Assembly (NCBI GenBank): GCA_002509485.1
Contig: DAWO01000072.1
Coordinates: 5,357 to 41,902 of the forward strand
Length of the DNA stretch: 36,546 bases
Source of the DNA: Methanolinea sp. UBA477
Lineage (GTDB): Archaea > Halobacteriota > Methanomicrobia > Methanomicrobiales > Methanospirillaceae
Direction of reading: 5' to 3'
The translations under genes and the position numbers were made by a program. Positions within the stretch are counted from its first letter, which is position 1. Every line of letters begins with the position of its first letter. This document shows, piece after piece, positions 31,717 to 36,546 of the stretch. Under the pieces are notes generated by a model that ran no database searches, had not been told where the DNA came from, and saw only the letters and a program-made list of their open reading frames with translations.

Positions 31717-32660
31717 CACTGTTTTGCAATGCAAATCATCGGGGAGATTGCGGAACCCTATCTTCCCGAATGAATTGTCCAGAACAAAAATACCTCCAGC
31801 CCTTCAACAACGCAAGCCTTCCTTTGCACTCTTTACCAGGACGTCCGTCACCGGTGTCAGAAGTTCCATGCACAAAAACGGATTAATAAAAAAATACACA
31901 TTTCCCGGGGGATGACGGGGGGGTCGGCATACTATCAACACAACCGGGAATCTGTGCTGGTCTGCGAGAGAAGAACGTATCGCCCGTTCACTGGCAGAAG
32001 ACAAAACTATATCCGGCAGTGTCACGAAGATGTATCAACAGATTTCCGGAATATACATCATTCTCCTGGACGCCACACAATATCCAATACCACCGATATG
32101 AGGTGGACAATGGCGCAAGAGACCATTGTGGCAGACCCACGGCTTTCAGAGAAGATACTCATGGCGGTTCAGGTCCTGATGATCCACGTTTCGTGGTGAT
32201 GGCTCACCCGCCCGAGAAATGGGAAGGCCAAGAGGCTCGCACCGGTTCCGGGTATGACGCATTTCAAAGATTACACATACGTCTGTAGTTCGAGGCAGGG
32301 TGTCGGGATTTCGGATTTCCCGGGTTTAACCCTGCCTTTCGGGAAAAAGCCGCGGATTGTATGCATGATGGTGCGACGGGTTTGCCATCCTTTGGCCGTC
32401 CAGGATTACACTCTCTTTCTTCCCACAAACGCCGGCGGAGGGCAGAGTGGATACGGACAGCAACGAGCACCCTGCAGGATCCTGCAAGATGCTGAAAAAT
32501 GATCTTCGGGACCGGGGCCCACTCTCGAGTCAGGTCCCCCGGATCTCATGATTGAGGCGGTAAACGAGATGGAGAACCCCAAATGATTGGACGGCATTCA
32601 TACATCGGGGCCTGATACGGGAAGTAAACTTCACATACACAATACAGGAGAGAAGACACA

Positions 32661-33998
32661 ATGGATATAGAAATAATTGCCGTGGGAGGGTATGAAGAGG
32701 TCGGCCGGAATATGACCGCTGTCCGCTGCGGAAAAGAGATCGTGATCTTTGACATGGGGCTCCGCCTGGATCAACTGATGATACATGAGGATGCCGAGGT
32801 TGACCAGATGCACTCCCTTGATCTCATCCGGATCAAGGCTATCCCCGACGACACGGTGATGCAGACGGTCGAAGGATCGGTGAAGGCCATTGTCTGCTCA
32901 CACGGACATCTGGACCATATCGGGGCTATTCCGAAACTTGCACACCGGTACAAGGCACCCATCATCGCTACTCCGTATGCCACCGAGCTTATCCGCCAGC
33001 AGATATCGGGGGAGAGGAAATTCGACGTCGGCAATAAACTCTTCGCGCTTGCAGCCGGGCAGAAATACACAATCTCCCGGAACCTGGTTCTTGAGTTTGT
33101 CCGGACGCAACACTCGATTATTGATACGGTCACCCCTGTGCTGCACACCCCGCGTGGTGCGATCGTCTATGCATGCGATTTCAAGTTCGACCGGACACCG
33201 GTAATCGGTCAGCCGCCTGATTTTGCCCGCTTCCGGCAGATCGGCAAGGAAGGGGTCCTGGCACTCATCGTGGAGAGCCCATATATCCATCATTCAGGAC
33301 GGTGCCCGAGCGAACGGATTGCCCGCGATCTTGTTCGTGATGTTATCACAAGTTTCGAAGACGATAAAAACACGATGATAGTATCTACGTTCTCCTCGCA
33401 CATCTCCCGTGTGAAGACCATTGCGGAATGTGCACACGAGATCGGCAGAAAACCAGTCTTTCTCGGACGTTCGATGGAAAAATACGGAGTTACTGCTGAA
33501 CAGATGAAATATGTCTCCTTTCCAAGATCGACCAGCGTATTTGGGAACCGGAGGACCGTCGATCGTTTCATGCGACGGATGATGAAAGAGGGAAAAGAGA
33601 AGTTCCTCCCGATTGTGACCGGTCACCAGGGCGAGCCTGGATCCATTCTTACCCGCATCGCGCTCGGAGACACCCCCTATTCCCTGAGTAAGGGAGACAA
33701 GGTACTCTTCTCGGCAAATATCATCCCAAACCAGATGAATTTCGCACAGCGTTACCGGATTGAACAGTGCATCAAAAATGCCGGGGGCCGGATTTTTGAT
33801 AATCTCCACGTCAGTGGGCATGCGTACCGCGAGGATCACTTCGAGTTTCTCCATATGCTCAATCCACAGCATATTGTCCCTGCACACGCAGGACTGAACA
33901 TGACCTCCAACTATATCGAATTTGGAGGAGAACTCGGCTATACACTCAACAACGATATCCACCTGATGAAGAACGGAAAGCAGCTGTTGATACAATAA
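32661..33998 (+). CDS. rnj: Archaeal RNase J (metallo-beta-lactamase / beta-CASP ribonuclease)
   Basis: 445 aa. The HGHLDHIG motif, an N-terminal IIAVGGYEEVGRNM, and HVSGHA near the C-terminus. Confidence 0.85.
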   Translation: MDIEIIAVGGYEEVGRNMTAVRCGKEIVIFDMGLRLDQLMIHEDAEVDQMHSLDLIRIKAIPDDTVMQTVEGSVKAIVCSHGHLDHIGAIPKLAHRYKAPIIATPYATELIRQQISGERKFDVGNKLFALAAGQKYTISRNLVLEFVRTQHSIIDTVTPVLHTPRGAIVYACDFKFDRTPVIGQPPDFARFRQIGKEGVLALIVESPYIHHSGRCPSERIARDLVRDVITSFEDDKNTMIVSTFSSHISRVKTIAECAHEIGRKPVFLGRSMEKYGVTAEQMKYVSFPRSTSVFGNRRTVDRFMRRMMKEGKEKFLPIVTGHQGEPGSILTRIALGDTPYSLSKGDKVLFSANIIPNQMNFAQRYRIEQCIKNAGGRIFDNLHVSGHAYREDHFEFLHMLNPQHIVPAHAGLNMTSNYIEFGGELGYTLNNDIHLMKNGKQLLIQ

Positions 33999-34420
33999 CC
34001 TGCTCTTCACCTCACCGCTATCAGGTGTGGAAAAGATGAGTGTTTGGTTGATATTGATGCAGGAGCACTGAATAGCAAAAATCCCTGCCGAGAACTACCG
34101 TGTTGAAAATCTGATTGAACTCTGCAATATGAGTTCCAACCGTATTTCAGAAAATTATCGTGAATTTGAACCACAAATAATTGAGATGCTCGGTCTCTTT
34201 AATTACCTCGACCAGGATGAAGAAATAGACCTTGCAGGAAAAATCCGGGAATCGATTGACACGAACAGTTTCTTTCTCACGAGTAATATATCACCAGATA
34301 GTGAACAGCAATTTCGATCGCTGACGGGGCGAAAAACAGCAATGTTTATCTGGATTCACCCTTTAACCGGGTTATCCACTATACATGGAGCAACCGGATA
34401 TTCCCGGGGAGAGGTTTTTC

Positions 34421-35311
34421 ATGAACAAGACAATGATGAATATCCTTGTTGTGGCCGCCACCCTCTGTTTCGTTCTTGCGGCCGGGTGCACGACCGGCAT
34501 TCAGAATGGGCCGGCCAGCCAGAGTGGCCAGGAGTATGAGAATTTTTGCCAGGGAATTGCACCGGTGCCCAGCGTATCGATCAACGGGACGCCCATCCAG
34601 CACGCCGAGGTGAACGGGGTCAGGCTGGCATACCGCGAGTTCGGGTCCGGCGAACCCATCCTGATGCTGAACGGGTTCGGCGCCACCATGGACAGCTTTT
34701 ATAACGAGTCGTTCCTCGGCATCCTGGCCACCCATTACCACGTGTACATCTACGATCACCGGGGGATGGGCTACAGCAGCGACAATGACGCACTGCCGAC
34801 CATGGCACTCTACGCGGACGACGCGGCCGGATTGATGTCTGCCCTCGGGTACGACAGCATGAACGTGTACGGGGCTTCCATGGGATCCTCTATCGGCCAG
34901 CAGCTTGTCATCGACCACCCCGGGCGTGTCCGGAAGCTGATCCTTGAGTCCGCCACCTACAGCGTGCGTATTCCCGAGACCAGGCTTCTCTTCGATCTTA
35001 TCCAGGCGACGGCACTGAATGCTTCGGAGCCCGCCGGCGTCCGGAGAGAGGCGGAGGCCAACCTGGCATGGAACGGCACGTGGGATGACCTTTCCGGGAT
35101 CGACAAGGATGTTATGCTCGTCGTCGGTACCGATGATATCCTGACGCCCCAGTCTGCAGCCGTCCAGATCGCCGGGCAGATCGACGGGTCCTGGCTTGTC
35201 CGGTTCAAGGACGAGCCGCATGTCGGGTCCCGGTTCGCACCGGTCGAGTATGGCGAGATCGCACTCGACTTCCTCTGCATGAACGAATCACCGCCGTATG
35301 CGACGGTTTAA
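34421..35311 (+). CDS. Alpha/beta-hydrolase lipoprotein
   Basis: The start is placed at ATG 34421 (GGGGAGAGG upstream). Lipobox VLAAGC, nucleophile elbow GASMG, and a late D/H pair (GTDDIL, EPHVG). Confidence 0.8.
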   Translation: MNKTMMNILVVAATLCFVLAAGCTTGIQNGPASQSGQEYENFCQGIAPVPSVSINGTPIQHAEVNGVRLAYREFGSGEPILMLNGFGATMDSFYNESFLGILATHYHVYIYDHRGMGYSSDNDALPTMALYADDAAGLMSALGYDSMNVYGASMGSSIGQQLVIDHPGRVRKLILESATYSVRIPETRLLFDLIQATALNASEPAGVRREAEANLAWNGTWDDLSGIDKDVMLVVGTDDILTPQSAAVQIAGQIDGSWLVRFKDEPHVGSRFAPVEYGEIALDFLCMNESPPYATV

Positions 35312-35339
35312 TTTGGCATGAAAATCCCGATCCTAAAAA

Positions 35340-36546
35340 GGTGAGGGAAATCAATAATCACCCATTTCCCGGATCAGGTTCTTTTAGCACAATAGCAGTC
35401 TCCTTAAAGATCTTCAAGATTTCTTCCAACGTGACAACTGAAGGAATTCTCACTTTGACCATTTTGGCTGGATTGTGGACATCCTCACCCTTATGGTTGA
35501 AGAATTCATCATTAGTAATCAGATGCCAGATAAGAACGGCAATTTTACGGGCCAATGCAATAATAGCCTTTCCTGTACCAATGATTGGCTTCTTACGATC
35601 ATAGAACCTGCGAAAATCATTATCATGACTTCTTGCAGCCGCATGTGCAACCTGAGTGAGGATTCACCGTGCATGTTCGGATCCTCTCTTCGTGATCGAT
35701 CCAGTTCTCAGTTTATCGGCAGATTGGTAAACATTCGGTACGATCCCCAACCAACTTGCGAGTTTATCACCTGAAGGAAAATCAGAGAAGTTTCCAATTT
35801 CCGCAATCAATGTAACGGCTGCGATGTTTCCGATTCCAGGAACAGATTTGAGAATCATCATCTCGTGGTGAAAATTCTCTTTAGCAAAGTGTAAAATTCC
35901 TTTCGTGAGAGCATCAATCTCTTCATTCATGCACTTCAGCAGATTCAGACAGTGTTTGAGACGAAAAATCGCACCGGGGGATATCGTTGTTTGAACAATC
36001 TCATTGAGTTGATCTGTTTTCTTACGATACGAGGGGGAAGCATTTCAATCACTTCATCCATCGGCATCCCGTTGACAAGGGCCTGAAGAATCAACGTTCC
36101 ACTCTTCCCAAAAAGATCTGTGAGTACAGATGAGAGGCGAAATAATTCTGAATCCAGGATATGGTGGATCTCATTTTTAATATCGGTTCTTTTCTGAACC
36201 AATTTATGGCGAAGTCGTACGAGAGACCTAAATTCACGGTGTTCCCGCGGAAATACCCGGGAGGGTCGGATCATCCCTTTCAGGGCAAGTTGTGCAATAA
36301 GTTCTGAATCTACTTTATCGGTCTTTTTATGTGAAAACATCTTGATATCACGGGCATTTCCGACAATTACCGTAACATGACCTTCCAGCATATCATAAAC
36401 CGGTACCCAGTAATCACTCGTTGATTCACATGCAACTATTTCACATTTGTTTTCTATTGTCCATTCCTTGAGCGCAAGAAGTCCATATTCAGTCCGTTCG
36501 AACCTTTGTTGTTTTTTTAGCCCTGTATCTGATAGTACTGTTGCAA
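35340..36546 (-). mobile_element. IS110-family insertion sequence remnant (boundaries unresolved, truncated by the window end)
   Basis: It contains the transposase pseudogene. The composition is visibly more A/T-rich than the flanking hydrolase gene. No terminal inverted repeats are expected for this family. Confidence 0.6.
35358..36546 (-). pseudogene. IS110-family transposase, degraded (one frameshift, one in-frame TGA), N-terminus beyond the window
   Basis: The N-terminal DEDD-like part (36546-35945) includes ACESTSDYWVPVYDML and VIVGNARDIK. The middle part (35930-35664), in another frame, includes SVPGIGNIAAVTLIAEIGNFSDF. The in-frame TGA at 35664-35666 is followed by ILTQVAHAAARS...ARKIAVLIWHL. 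Confidence 0.8.

Noticed and set aside
32170-32215. Box C/D sRNA-like TGATGA (32178-32183) and GTGATGG nearby.
   Set aside because: There are no CUGA D or D' boxes at the required spacing.
32100-32360. Possible RNase P RNA or SRP RNA. The fragments GAGAAAUGGGAAGGCCAAGAGGCUCGCACCGG, CAGACCCACGGCUUUC and GGGAAAAAGCCGCGG faintly resemble RNase P conserved regions. UCAGGUCCCCCGGA at about 32530 faintly resembles SRP helix 8.
   Set aside because: The motif order is wrong for RNase P on this strand. No GGAAAGUCC or ACAGAA-N-GGCUUA pair is present. The SRP GGAAGGGAGCA core is absent. The region is too A/T-rich for the expected helices.
34129-34539. 136-aa ORF upstream of and overlapping the hydrolase gene.
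   Set aside because: The last 40 or so codons overlap the lipoprotein signal-peptide region in another frame, and there is no motif. The first 80 or so codons could be a real small gene, but I cannot support it.
23727-35666. TGA reassigned to Trp, because two in-frame TGAs sit where W would fit.
   Set aside because: Well-conserved genes here end at TGA at their expected lengths, for example arsC and ACR3 with ATGA overlaps. TGA is therefore a functional stop, and nonsense mutations in decayed genes are the simpler reading.

Overview
No database search was run. Family names come from motif recognition and memory and need HMM or BLAST confirmation. The window reads like chromosome from a methanogenic archaeon of the Methanomicrobiales type. 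That origin is an inference from archaeal-type families (UPF0305/DUF2115-like, DUF2180-like, DUF2193-like, archaeal RNase J, stand-alone FTR-like protein), A/T-rich TATA-like elements and GGAGG-type ribosome sites.

Left part (1-14.7 kb): a ferredoxin-nitroreductase fusion, a GNAT acetyltransferase, a twice-frameshifted phosphinothricin-acetyltransferase-like pseudogene and a DNA-alkylation-repair-like gene. It also holds an intact 8.3-kb gene for a 2756-aa surface protein. That protein has a signal peptide, SBBP-like beta-propeller repeats, 21 PKD modules, a Gly12 run, a Thr/Ala-rich stalk and a C-terminal TM anchor. After it come a DUF1622-like membrane protein, a frameshifted QueG-like Fe-S gene and a DUF2115-like gene.

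Centre (14.8-29.3 kb): a roughly 14.5-kb island that is almost entirely on the minus strand. It mixes arsenic-type resistance genes with thiol/disulfide-relay genes. The resistance set is two CVC-motif ArsR regulators, ACR3, a LMW-PTP-type ArsC and two DUF318/ArsP-type permeases. It also includes a MIP channel, two DGC-domain proteins, an ArsF-like lipoprotein, an ArsG/DsbD-like membrane protein and a frameshifted DUF2703-like gene. The relay set is a Trx-CcdA fusion, a redox-active-disulfide protein and an FTR-like protein.

Inside the island is an operon of a 499-aa DUF2193-like protein, a 69-aa Cys-ribbon protein and the MIP channel. This is my best candidate for an undescribed system.

Right part: a class I aldolase, a Zn-ADH, a 960-nt gene-free stretch, RNase J, a lipoprotein alpha/beta hydrolase and a degraded IS110-family transposase that runs off the window.
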